The position numbers and the translations under genes are program-made. Shown here piece by piece: positions 1-9,429 of a stretch of 64,000 bases of DNA; positions within the stretch are counted from its first letter, which is position 1, and each line of letters begins with the position of its first letter. Below the pieces are notes generated by a model that searched no databases, was not told where the DNA came from, and saw only the letters and a program-made list of their open reading frames with translations. Source of the DNA: Acutalibacteraceae bacterium. GTDB taxonomy: Bacteria; Bacillota; Clostridia; Oscillospirales; Acutalibacteraceae. The stretch is from positions 4,945-68,944 of the forward strand of contig JAZUPK010000036.1 in the NCBI GenBank assembly GCA_045605125.1, given 5' to 3'.

Positions 1-2238
1 TTGAGCTTAGATTTTAATAAAAGTTTCAATATAATCTACGGTGATAACGAAAACGGAAAAACCACCATTATGAGCTTTATTAAAATGATGTTCTACGGTA
101 CTGAACGCTCGGGCGCGCAGTTAAGTAAAAACCTACGTAAAAAATATACCCCTTGGGATAACAGCGTTATGGCGGGAAGCATTGACTTTGAAAACAGCGG
201 TCATAATTACCGTATTGAGCGTATTTTCGGCAGTTCCAACTCAACCGATAAGGTAACCCTTTTGGATTTAGGACTAGGCACTAGAGAAGTTGTTGGCGCC
301 GATATAGGAATAAAGCTTTTTGGCCTATCACCTTTGGCTTTTGAACGCAGTATTTTTATTGGTCAGTTTGGCTTTCCTGAAAGCAATAACCTAGCCGCAG
401 GTGAACTTAACGGCAAGCTTTCTAACATTGCTTTAACCGGCGATGAAGTAGTTTCCTTCGATAAGGTTTACGAGCGCTTGTCATCTGCTAAGTTCGAACT
501 TATGTCCAAAAGCGGTAGAACAGGCATTTACGATAAAAATTTAAGACTTCAAAAGCAGTTGAGTGAAGAGCTTGAAAAATCCCTTTCGGCTGAAGAATCG
601 GTTAAAAAAGCCAAGCAAACAGCTGAACTTTTAACTACCGAAATTAAAGATTTGCAATCAAAAGCCAGCGTATTAAAGCAACAAATAGAAAGTGAGCAGG
701 ATGTACGCAACGCCGAAAAGTTAAAGGAACTTTTAAATTTAAAAGCTGAGCTTGACTTTGTAACAAAGAACCTCACTTTGGAAAACGGCACAGTAGCCGA
801 CGAAATGTTTGTAAGGAAGGTTGAATTTTGCCTTTCTAAAATTCAAAATATTAAGGCTAAAATTATATCGAAGCAAAACGAAAACGAGCTTATTAAAAAC
901 AATTTAGAGTTAGCGCTAAACCCTGTAAGCGATGCCACACCCGAAAAAGCGGAAGAGCTTACAAAAAAACTTAGCGATATGCAATGTGACAGTGATGCTG
1001 TCACAAAAGAAATAGAAGCTTTAGAAAACGCCACTCCTAAAAAACCAAATATTTTATGGTTTATATTAGCGGCGGTATTTGGCGCATTAGGCGGCGGATT
1101 ATACTCACTAAATCCGATAATTACCTTTGTTGGTATTGCTCTTGCTGTTATGCTTATAATAATAGGTGTTGCAAGCTTTAGTACCATTAAGGCTAATAAC
1201 TCTAAAACACAAAGCAAAATTTTAGATTTAAAGCTAAAACAAAACGAGCTTATATCAGTAATGGCTTCCGAAAAAGCAAATCTTACCGCTATAAACACCG
1301 CGTTAAACACAAATACCGCATTAATTGAAAAACAAAAAGAACTGCTAAAAAGCGGAGAATTAGAGCTTGAAAATCTAGATTTAGAACTTGAAAACGAAAA
1401 CGACATTTTAAGTGAGTTACTTTCACATTTAAACCAAGACTCTGCCCAAATGGAAATACCAACGCTGCTTGATAGCATAAAGCAAAAATCTGCCAAGCAA
1501 AAGGAATTAAAGCAAAATATTAACTACATTTTAAAGGATGTAGGCAACATTTCCTACAGTGAGGCTCAAGAAAAACTTGCTACGCTTAACACCAATACCA
1601 CTATAAATTTTGAGGCAGTTAAAAGTGAATATGACGCTATTTTGCAAGCTATAACTGACCGCAAAACCCAAATAGCAACCCTGCTCACAGAAGTTAAAGC
1701 CATAACTTCCGGTAATAAAAATAGTGATAGTATTAAAAAAGAGTTAGCAGAATTAAATAAGAAAATAGAATCACAAAAAAATTATGCCGACTGCTTAGAT
1801 ATAGCGCTAACAACCCTTACCGATTCTTATGCAGAAGTTCGCCAAAGCTACGGTAGTGAATTAGAAAAAAGCGCAAGTAAAATTTTTGCAGGCCTTACTG
1901 GTGGCAGATATGATGCGATGACGATTTCAAAATCATTTGATATTGCGGTAAACAAAACCGATACCTTTGGCAGTAAGGAACTTGATTATTTGTCGAGCGG
2001 TACTCAAGACCAAGCCTACTTGGCTTTAAGGCTTGCATTAACAAGACTTATTAACGAGGATAATCCCCTACCTATTATATTGGATGATTCTTTAGCGCAG
2101 TATGATGATACCCGCACCGCTATAGCACTTGAATTTTTAAATGATTATTCTAAAGAAGGACAAATTCTAATGTTCACTTGTCATAATTCTATAGTGGCAT
2201 CAAGTAAAGATTTAAATGCTAATGTAATAAGATTATAA
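1..2238 (+). CDS. YhaN/SbcC-like SMC-type AAA ATPase (5' end cut by window edge)
   Basis: ORF runs from base 1. Walker A GDNENGKTT near the N-terminus. Long coiled-coil stretches and two central hydrophobic helices (ILWFILAAVFGALGGGLY, ITFVGIALAVMLIIIGVASF). C-terminal LSSGTQDQ signature and ILDDSLAQYDD Walker B/D-loop. Confidence 0.7.
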   Translation: MSLDFNKSFNIIYGDNENGKTTIMSFIKMMFYGTERSGAQLSKNLRKKYTPWDNSVMAGSIDFENSGHNYRIERIFGSSNSTDKVTLLDLGLGTREVVGADIGIKLFGLSPLAFERSIFIGQFGFPESNNLAAGELNGKLSNIALTGDEVVSFDKVYERLSSAKFELMSKSGRTGIYDKNLRLQKQLSEELEKSLSAEESVKKAKQTAELLTTEIKDLQSKASVLKQQIESEQDVRNAEKLKELLNLKAELDFVTKNLTLENGTVADEMFVRKVEFCLSKIQNIKAKIISKQNENELIKNNLELALNPVSDATPEKAEELTKKLSDMQCDSDAVTKEIEALENATPKKPNILWFILAAVFGALGGGLYSLNPIITFVGIALAVMLIIIGVASFSTIKANNSKTQSKILDLKLKQNELISVMASEKANLTAINTALNTNTALIEKQKELLKSGELELENLDLELENENDILSELLSHLNQDSAQMEIPTLLDSIKQKSAKQKELKQNINYILKDVGNISYSEAQEKLATLNTNTTINFEAVKSEYDAILQAITDRKTQIATLLTEVKAITSGNKNSDSIKKELAELNKKIESQKNYADCLDIALTTLTDSYAEVRQSYGSELEKSASKIFAGLTGGRYDAMTISKSFDIAVNKTDTFGSKELDYLSSGTQDQAYLALRLALTRLINEDNPLPIILDDSLAQYDDTRTAIALEFLNDYSKEGQILMFTCHNSIVASSKDLNANVIRL

Positions 2239-2240
2239 AA

Positions 2241-2277
2241 AAACAGGCTTAATCACAAATTGTGATTAAGCCTGTTT
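2241..2277. terminator. bidirectional intrinsic terminator between convergent genes
   Basis: Perfect 17-bp stem AAACAGGCTTAATCACA / TGTGATTAAGCCTGTTT with a 3-nt loop. Flanked by an A-run and a T-run. Confidence 0.8.
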
Positions 2278-2289
2278 AATTCTATTTTA

Positions 2290-2907
2290 TTAACAATCAA
2301 TCTCTGCACCGATTACATCGATTATATCACTATAAACTATATTGTAGCCGAAAGCTGAATCTTCAGCCTGTAAAAATACAGTTTCACATTTTGCATTTTC
2401 GGTAGTATTATCTGCACCCGAAATTTCAACATTTGTAATTACGGTAAAACTGCCGTCATCATTATCGGTAACAGCTACGATTTCGTGGTTGTAATCGTTA
2501 TATCCTCTTGGAATGATGTAAACGTAGCCTTGCTCTTCAGGCATATCTTCGCCCAAGAAATCAAAACCATTATACTTTTTGCCGTACATATTGAAAATAT
2601 AGTCACCTAAAACAACTTCGTCTAAATAAGAACCCTCCGCCTTATCTAATAAAGCGAGCATAGAATCATTTACCAAAGCAGCATCATCGTAAAAAGCTTC
2701 ATTATAAACAAAGTTATGGTTAAGCATATTAAGAAAACGAGCATTCAAAGCATTATCGACAGTGTATGTGTTTTGAGCAACATTAAGCACTTCGCTGTTT
2801 CGAAGTTCGGGAGTTTCAACTTTAGGAGCATCGGTTTTTACGCAAGCAAATGCAAGTACTACAACACATAATACAAGTACAAGTGAAAATATAACATTTT
2901 TACGCAT
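2290..2907 (-). CDS. hypothetical secreted or membrane-anchored protein
   Basis: N-terminal signal/anchor MRKNVIFSLVLVLCVVVLAFAC. No domain I recognise. Confidence 0.5.
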   Translation of the reverse strand: MRKNVIFSLVLVLCVVVLAFACVKTDAPKVETPELRNSEVLNVAQNTYTVDNALNARFLNMLNHNFVYNEAFYDDAALVNDSMLALLDKAEGSYLDEVVLGDYIFNMYGKKYNGFDFLGEDMPEEQGYVYIIPRGYNDYNHEIVAVTDNDDGSFTVITNVEISGADNTTENAKCETVFLQAEDSAFGYNIVYSDIIDVIGAEIDC

Positions 2908-3156
2908 ATTACCGCCTCCTTTAATTTATATTCTAATTATACACATAAAGTTAGTAAAATACCAAAAACAATTCAGTTACAAATTATTTCAGCTTTGTAA
3001 TTTTTACGGTTAATTTTTAATGAGAAAATTTACATTTTGTAATTTTTAAAATGCTATATTTTATCTTTTTTATAAATATCCGAACCAAATTTACTGCAAT
3101 ATGCATATATTTGGAACATTTAAATAATTTTTTTAAAATTATTTTATAATTTTTAG

Positions 3157-3185
3157 TTGTATTTACTAAAAGAATATGATATACT
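3157..3185 (+). promoter_or_regulatory. sigma-A-type promoter candidate for the EF-G paralog
   Basis: TTGTAT (3157-3162), 17-nt spacer, TATACT (3180-3185). Lies 40 nt upstream of the TTG start. Confidence 0.4.
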
Positions 3186-3224
3186 AGAGATTGTAAAGAT
3201 ATTCACTTAAAGGAGTGCATCAAA

Positions 3225-5261
3225 TTGAAAGACTATTCACAAAATGCCGTACGCAACATTGCTCTTTTAGGACATGGCGGTTCCGGCAAAACAACATTAG
3301 CTGACGCTATTTTATTTTACGGTAAAGCTACTGACCGTATAGGTAAGATTAGTGACAGTACAACCATTATGGACTTTGATGCCGAAGAAAAGAAAAGAAA
3401 AAATTCAGTATCAACTTCGGTTTACTCGCTTGAAATAGGCAATAGTAAACTTAATATTATAGATGCTCCCGGTCTTTTTGACTTTGCAGCCGGCGTTCAC
3501 GAAGCTTTACAGGTAGCCGATAGTGCTATTATTACCATTTCGGGTAAATCCGGTCTTACCGTAGGCGCTAAGCAATGCTTTGAAAAGGCACGTGCTTTAA
3601 ATAAGAGCGTTGCATTCTTTGTAGGTAAGCTTGATTCTACACACGCTCACTTCTACCGCGTATTGTCAGCATTAGCGGGTCAGTATGGTACACTTATATG
3701 CCCTATTATTATTCCTTATATCGAAAACGAACAGGTAAAATGCTACATAAACCTTATCGATAATAAAGCTTACGCTTGCGAAGGCTTAGAGATTAAGGAA
3801 ATGCGTATGCCCGTAAGCGAAGAAATTGACAATATGAGAAGTATGCTATTAGAAGCTATCGCTACCGTCGATGAATCCTTGATGGAAAAATACTTCGCAG
3901 GTGAAGAATTTACCTGTGATGAAATCATACACGGTCTGGCTATAGGTGTTAAAAACGGCGATATTTGCCCGGTATATTGCGGTGTTCAGCAAAGTGGTAA
4001 TGCCGTTCCTATGATGGTGGATAACCTACTTGACATTCTACCCGCTACCGATGCTTGTACATACACTAACGCCGACGGCGAAGAATGTGCCTTTGATGCA
4101 TCGGGCGAGACTGCACTTTGCGTATTTAAGACAATCGCGGACCCGTTTGTTGGCAAGCTTTCATACTTCAAAGTTTTATCAGGTACTGTTAAAAATGATA
4201 TTCAGCTCATCAATAACCGCACCGGCAATAGCGAGCGTATATCTAAAATAATGTGGCTTAAAGCCGCTAAGCAAGAAGATGCAGCTGCTATTACCGCTGG
4301 TGATATTGGCGCAGTTGCTAAGCTTGGTAACGTTATTACAGGCGATACCCTTTCTCAAAAAGGAAATATTGCCATAGCTAAAATCAATTTCCCCAAACCC
4401 ACCTTATCCGTTGCGGTTTACCCCAAGGCTAAAGGTGACGAAGAAAAAATTGCGGGCGCGTTTAACCGTATGGCTGAAGAAGACCCCACCATCACTGTTC
4501 ATACCGACAAGGAAACCAAAGAACTTATACTCTCGGCTTTAGGCGAACAACACATTGATGTAATAATTTCTCGTTTAAAGAGCAAGTTTGGAGCCGAAGC
4601 AGAACTTAAACAGCCAAAAATTGCATACCGTGAAACTATCCGCAAGCCGGTTCAGGTTCAAGGCAGACATAAGAAACAATCGGGTGGTCACGGTCAGTTT
4701 GGTGATGTTTGGATTAAATTTGAACCTTGCGACAGTGAAGAATTAGTATTCTGTGAAGAAGTATTCGGCGGTGCCGTTCCTAAAAACTTCTTCCCTGCAG
4801 TTGAAAAAGGCCTTCGCGATTCAGCCGTTAGCGGCGTATTGGCAGGCTACCCAATGGTAGGACTGAAAGCAACCCTTTACGATGGTTCTTACCACCCGGT
4901 AGACTCTTCCGAAATGTCCTTTAAGATGGCAGCAAGTATCGCTTATAAAGAAGGTATACCGCAAGCATCTCCCGTGCTTTTAGAGCCTATAGGCACCCTT
5001 AAAGTATTAGTTCCTGATGAAATGCTTGGCGATGTTATTGGTGACATCAATAAACGCCGCGGTAGAATTATAGGCATGAATCCAACTGATAACAAAATGC
5101 AAGAAATTATAGGCGAAGTGCCCATTGCCGAAATGTCTGACTTTTCAACCGCAATGCGTTCTATAACTCAAGGAACCGCAACCTTTACTTTAGATATTGA
5201 AAGATACGAAGAAGTACCTGCACAAATTGCAAGCAAGGTTATAGAAGCAAGCAAAAAGTAA
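3225..5261 (+). CDS. elongation factor G paralog (EF-G2-type translational GTPase)
   Basis: TTG start 9 nt after AGGAG. G1 motif GHGGSGKTTL plus DAPG. EF-G domain IV/V blocks HKKQSGGHGQFGDVW and GYPMVGLKATLYDGSYHPVDSSE. G1 differs from the canonical AHIDAGKTT. Confidence 0.8.
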   Translation: MKDYSQNAVRNIALLGHGGSGKTTLADAILFYGKATDRIGKISDSTTIMDFDAEEKKRKNSVSTSVYSLEIGNSKLNIIDAPGLFDFAAGVHEALQVADSAIITISGKSGLTVGAKQCFEKARALNKSVAFFVGKLDSTHAHFYRVLSALAGQYGTLICPIIIPYIENEQVKCYINLIDNKAYACEGLEIKEMRMPVSEEIDNMRSMLLEAIATVDESLMEKYFAGEEFTCDEIIHGLAIGVKNGDICPVYCGVQQSGNAVPMMVDNLLDILPATDACTYTNADGEECAFDASGETALCVFKTIADPFVGKLSYFKVLSGTVKNDIQLINNRTGNSERISKIMWLKAAKQEDAAAITAGDIGAVAKLGNVITGDTLSQKGNIAIAKINFPKPTLSVAVYPKAKGDEEKIAGAFNRMAEEDPTITVHTDKETKELILSALGEQHIDVIISRLKSKFGAEAELKQPKIAYRETIRKPVQVQGRHKKQSGGHGQFGDVWIKFEPCDSEELVFCEEVFGGAVPKNFFPAVEKGLRDSAVSGVLAGYPMVGLKATLYDGSYHPVDSSEMSFKMAASIAYKEGIPQASPVLLEPIGTLKVLVPDEMLGDVIGDINKRRGRIIGMNPTDNKMQEIIGEVPIAEMSDFSTAMRSITQGTATFTLDIERYEEVPAQIASKVIEASKK

Positions 5262-5285
5262 ATTTAATATATTAAACATAAAAAA

Positions 5286-5322
5286 GCAGATTTTCTATTT
5301 AATAGAAAATCTGCTTTTGTTT
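5286..5322. terminator. bidirectional intrinsic terminator
   Basis: GCAGATTTTCTATT / AATAGAAAATCTGC palindrome. A-run before it and TTTTGTTTTT after it. Sits between convergent genes. Confidence 0.8.
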
Positions 5323-7194
5323 TTAAAGATTTGCCCACTCATCATATGCGATTTTAAGCTCTTCTTCTGCTGAATTAAGCTGCTGCGTAATTTCAGATAA
5401 CTTTAAATAATCCGAAATGTTTTCCGGAAGCTCGAGCGCAGCCTGAAGCTCACTGATTTTTTGCTCTAATGATTCAATTTGTTCTTCTTTTTTCTTTATT
5501 ACACGTTCTCTTTTGGCCTTTTCTTTTAAAGGAGTAGTGTAGTTTTTCTTTTCCTTTGGTTTCTCTTCTACTATGACTGAATCAACCGTTTTGGTTTTGG
5601 CTTTGGATAAATACTCTTCGTAGCCAAAGCGGTAATACGCCGTTTCGCCTTTTTTAAAGTCTAAAAGAGATGTAGATATTTCCTTAATAAAATATCTATC
5701 GTGCGACACAAAAATAACCGTACCCGAAAAGTTTTTTAATATATGTTCAAGCGTCTCCTTACCCACAATATCAAGGTGGTTGGTAGGCTCATCCAAAATT
5801 AAAAAATTAGGCTTTTTTCTGAAAATTTTACAAAGGGCTAAGCGAACACGTTCTCCGCCAGAAAGCATATCAACAGTTTTAAAAACATCCTCACCGCTAA
5901 AAAGAAATGCCCCTAAAGCCGAACGCGCTTCAAAATCGGTAGAACCCGGAAAAGCTTTCAAAAAGTCTTCTAAAACAGTATCTGAAGATGAATACTGCGC
6001 CATTTGCTGATCAAAATACCCAATACTAACACGCGGGCCGAATTTATAATCCCCCGAAAGTGCTTTTACTTGCCCCATAAGCGTTTTAATAAATGTAGAC
6101 TTGCCAAGCCCGTTACCGCCTATAATACCTACTTTATCTCCACGCTTAACCTCTAAATTTACAACTGATAAAACACTATCGTAGCCAACTGCCAAATCAG
6201 TAACCGATAGAACATCTTTGACTCCTATATCGTAAGGTTCAAAATCAGCGTGAAAGGTTTTAAGATTGTCACGTTGGGGTTCAAAAAGTTCATCCATTCG
6301 GTCAATTTGCTTTAATTTGCTTTGCACCATAGCCGCTTTAGTAGCCTTGTATCTAAAGCGCTCGGCTAAATCTTCCAAATGCTCTATTTCTTTTTGTTGT
6401 GCGATATATTTCTTTTGTTGTTGCTCTTTAAACGCTTTTTTCTCTTTCACAAATTGCGAATAATTACCGTTATATTTATAAGTTTTTCCGTACTCAATTT
6501 CGTAAACGGTATTAACGGTATTATCCAAAAACATACGGTCGTGCGATACCACCAAAAACGCCTTTTTATAATTTTTAAGATAATCTTCAAGCCATTCAGT
6601 TGCCTCAATATCCAAGTGGTTTGTGGGCTCGTCCAGCAGCAAAATATCAGGCTTAGATAGCAAAAGCTTTAAAAAGGCGATTTTAGTTTGCTGCCCACCG
6701 GAAAATTCGTTTAAAGGACTGTTTTTACTATTTGCAAAACCAAATTTCTTTATAGCGTTTTCATATTCACGTTCAAAGTAAAATCCGCCTAAATTAGTAA
6801 AAGTATCAAGTAAATTAGTATAGTTTTTAATATCTTCTTCACTATTTGTTTGCTCCATTTTAGCCTGTGCTTTTTTTAATGTGTCCTTTAATTCTAAAAT
6901 CTCGCTATATGCTGAACGCACTTCTTCCAAAAGAGTTTTATTATAATCCGAAAAAGTTACCTGTGATAAATAACCGACCTTAGGCTTACCTGAAACGGCA
7001 AAAAACATATCGGTATCGCTTTCGCGCTTTGTTATGCTGTATTCGCCTGCAATAGTTTTTAAAAGGGTGGTTTTACCGCATCCGTTACGACCCACAACTG
7101 CAATTTTACTTTGGTCGTTAATTTCAATATTAACAGAACTTAAAATTGTATCACCCGAAAGTTCAACAACACCGTTTTGTATTTTTAGCTGCAA
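5323..7194 (-). CDS. ABC-F family ATPase (two ABC cassettes, no TM domain)
   Basis: Walker A GRNGCGKTT and GGNGLGKST. Signatures LSGGQQ and LSGGER. C-terminal coiled coil. TTG start 8 nt after AAGGAG. Confidence 0.85.
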   Translation of the reverse strand: MQLKIQNGVVELSGDTILSSVNIEINDQSKIAVVGRNGCGKTTLLKTIAGEYSITKRESDTDMFFAVSGKPKVGYLSQVTFSDYNKTLLEEVRSAYSEILELKDTLKKAQAKMEQTNSEEDIKNYTNLLDTFTNLGGFYFEREYENAIKKFGFANSKNSPLNEFSGGQQTKIAFLKLLLSKPDILLLDEPTNHLDIEATEWLEDYLKNYKKAFLVVSHDRMFLDNTVNTVYEIEYGKTYKYNGNYSQFVKEKKAFKEQQQKKYIAQQKEIEHLEDLAERFRYKATKAAMVQSKLKQIDRMDELFEPQRDNLKTFHADFEPYDIGVKDVLSVTDLAVGYDSVLSVVNLEVKRGDKVGIIGGNGLGKSTFIKTLMGQVKALSGDYKFGPRVSIGYFDQQMAQYSSSDTVLEDFLKAFPGSTDFEARSALGAFLFSGEDVFKTVDMLSGGERVRLALCKIFRKKPNFLILDEPTNHLDIVGKETLEHILKNFSGTVIFVSHDRYFIKEISTSLLDFKKGETAYYRFGYEEYLSKAKTKTVDSVIVEEKPKEKKNYTTPLKEKAKRERVIKKKEEQIESLEQKISELQAALELPENISDYLKLSEITQQLNSAEEELKIAYDEWANL

Positions 7195-7215
7195 CTATAC
7201 CACTCCTTTCAAAAG

Positions 7216-7242
7216 TTTAGGCGGACAACCGGTCCGCCTAAA
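7216..7242 (-). terminator. hairpin terminator after the PPIase lipoprotein gene, directly upstream of the ABC-F RBS
   Basis: TTTAGGCGGAC / GTCCGCCTAAA stem. On the - strand it is followed by AACTTTTG. Confidence 0.55.
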
Positions 7243-7249
7243 ATAAAAT

Positions 7250-8269
7250 TTAAGAAATTTTTGCGTTTTTCTTTACTAACTCAAATACCTTTTCGCTTAC
7301 AAGTACCATTTCGATATAATACTCGCCGTACTGTTCAATAATATCCGCTCTTGTAACGCTTGAATCTCCACCGCTTGCAATAATTTCCTTAATGGTTTGT
7401 TCTTTTTCTTCATCGGTAATCTTTAATTCTTCCTTATCGAAAACAGCATACCAAACCATTTGCATATCCATAAGCGGCTTAACCTGACTTGTAATCATTT
7501 GTTCCTTAAGTTGTTCAGCTGTTTGACCTGTTGAAGTTAAATACTGCTCAACCGTTGTTTGATAGTTGTTTATAAGAGTATTTTGAAACTGTGCGTGATA
7601 TTTTTTATACAAGAATTCTAATTCTTCCTTTGGATAATCCTTTACCTTAGAAGCATTTAATAATGCTTGCTGTAAAGTTTCAACAATAGCGCGATCTTCA
7701 ACATTAGCTTCATAATCTTCTAATTTTGAGAAGCCTAAGAATGTATAAAAATCCTTCGGTTTTTTAGCTTCGTTAGTTGTAACATAGTTAATTTTAACGG
7801 TGAAAACTACATCCTGACCCTTTAAATCTTCGTTGTGATAATCTTTTGGGAAGGTAAGCTTAAGATCAACCGTACTTCCTATTTCTTTACCAATAAGTCC
7901 TTCTTCAAAGCCATCAATAAAGCTATTAGAACCTATAACTAAGTTATAAGCCTGCGCCGTACCGCCTTCGAAAGCAACGCCATCTTTTTTACCGGTATAA
8001 TCGATGTTAACATTGTCGCCTTCTTTAACCTTACCGGTGTTTTTAGTAACATATAAACCATAGGATTGAACATCACTTGCTATTATGTTTTCACTGGTTT
8101 TCTTAAACTCATCAGATTTTTTATCAACCTTTATGCCCTTATATTCGCCTAATGTAACATACTTACTAAGGTCAACATTATAAAGTTCTCTTTTTTCTTT
8201 TTTAGCACAACCTGCAAAACAAGTAAGCATTAAAATTAAAATTAGCACCAAACTTAAAATTCTTTTCAT
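7250..8269 (-). CDS. lipoprotein with trigger-factor-like FKBP-type PPIase domain
   Basis: Lipobox LTCFAGC. PPIase block GDNVNIDYTGKKDGVAFEGGTAQAYNLVIGSNSFIDGFEEGLIGKEIGSTVDLKLTFPKDY resembles the trigger factor PPIase domain. Confidence 0.6.
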   Translation of the reverse strand: MKRILSLVLILILMLTCFAGCAKKEKRELYNVDLSKYVTLGEYKGIKVDKKSDEFKKTSENIIASDVQSYGLYVTKNTGKVKEGDNVNIDYTGKKDGVAFEGGTAQAYNLVIGSNSFIDGFEEGLIGKEIGSTVDLKLTFPKDYHNEDLKGQDVVFTVKINYVTTNEAKKPKDFYTFLGFSKLEDYEANVEDRAIVETLQQALLNASKVKDYPKEELEFLYKKYHAQFQNTLINNYQTTVEQYLTSTGQTAEQLKEQMITSQVKPLMDMQMVWYAVFDKEELKITDEEKEQTIKEIIASGGDSSVTRADIIEQYGEYYIEMVLVSEKVFELVKKNAKIS

Positions 8270-8271
8270 TT

Positions 8272-9402
8272 TTATTCTCCTGTGTTGTTATTCAATTTGC
8301 CCGCCGAAGCAGCCTTTAGATATGCATTAATAAATCCGTCAAGGTCGCCATCCATAACGGCATTTATATTGCCCGATTCAAAACCTGTTCTGTGGTCTTT
8401 TGCAAGGGTATACGGCATAAATACGTATGAGCGTATTTGTGAACCCCAAGCAATTTCCTTTTGAACGCCCTTGATATCATCAATTTTTTCAAGATGCTCA
8501 CGTTCTTTGATTTCCAAAAGCTTTGACTTTAGCATTTTCATTGCTTTTTCGCGGTTTTGGAACTGACTACGCTCGTTTTGGCAAGCAACCACAATACCCG
8601 TAGGTATATGAGTAAGTCTTACCGCAGACGAGGTTTTGTTTATATGCTGACCGCCCGCACCTGACGAACGGAAAACATCCATTTTAATATCTTCTTCCCT
8701 GATTTCAATGTTATTATCATCCGAAATTTCGGGCATAACTTCAAGTGAAGCGAACGAAGTATGTCGCCTACCCGAAGCATCAAAGGGAGATACACGCACT
8801 AATCGGTGAACACCTGATTCACTTTTTAAATAGCCGTAAGCATTTTCACCTTCAATTGAAATGGTTGCGCTTTTATGGCCGGCTTCATCGCCATCTAAAA
8901 AGTCTAAAATCTGTGTTTTAAAGCCGTGTCTTTCGGTCCAACGGGTGTACATTCGCACAAGCATTGAAACCCAGTCCATAGCTTCAGTACCACCGGCACC
9001 CGCGTGAAAGGTTAAAATTGCATTGTTTTTATCGTATTCGCCTGTCAAAAGGGTTTGTAGTCTAAGGCTTGCAAGCCCTTCTTCATACTCTTTTATAGAA
9101 GTTTCAATTTCTTCTATAAGCGATAAATCGCCTTCTTCGTCTCCCATTTGAATCAGTACCTCTAAATCTTCAAAAAGGGTGCATAAATTATCATAGTTTT
9201 CGACAGTATTTTTAAGTTTACCCGTTTTTTGCAGTATTTTTTGAGAATTTTCTAAATCATCCCAAAAATTAGGGGCAGAGGCTTTGGCTTCAAGTTCTTC
9301 AATTTCTCTTAAAAGACTATCATATCCTAAAGCAGATTTAAGTTCCAAAAGCTCGTCCTTGCTGCCAGACAGCCGCAAGCTTAATTCCTCAAACTCAAGC
9401 AT
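8272..9402 (-). CDS. prfB: peptide chain release factor 2, uninterrupted reading frame
   Basis: SPF motif (VRVSPFDASGRRHTSF) and GGQ motif (SGAGGQHINKT). A single 376-aa ORF with no CTT TGA frameshift site. Confidence 0.9.
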   Translation of the reverse strand: MLEFEELSLRLSGSKDELLELKSALGYDSLLREIEELEAKASAPNFWDDLENSQKILQKTGKLKNTVENYDNLCTLFEDLEVLIQMGDEEGDLSLIEEIETSIKEYEEGLASLRLQTLLTGEYDKNNAILTFHAGAGGTEAMDWVSMLVRMYTRWTERHGFKTQILDFLDGDEAGHKSATISIEGENAYGYLKSESGVHRLVRVSPFDASGRRHTSFASLEVMPEISDDNNIEIREEDIKMDVFRSSGAGGQHINKTSSAVRLTHIPTGIVVACQNERSQFQNREKAMKMLKSKLLEIKEREHLEKIDDIKGVQKEIAWGSQIRSYVFMPYTLAKDHRTGFESGNINAVMDGDLDGFINAYLKAASAGKLNNNTGE

Positions 9403-9429
9403 ATATTCACTCCTACTAATATGTTGCAG

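Noticed and set aside
843-1496. 217-aa ORF antisense to the YhaN-like ATPase gene. Similar antisense ORFs lie at 549-791, 10377-10781, 14967-15380, 17007-17444, 20942-21316, 22088-22456, 22845-23192, 24041-24385, 37165-37560, 50281-50745, 56882-57238, 62588-63031 and 62787-63155.
   Set aside because: All lie fully inside well-supported genes on the opposite strand. Their composition is Ser/Phe/Leu-rich and low in complexity, typical of antisense frames. None has an RBS or a recognisable domain.
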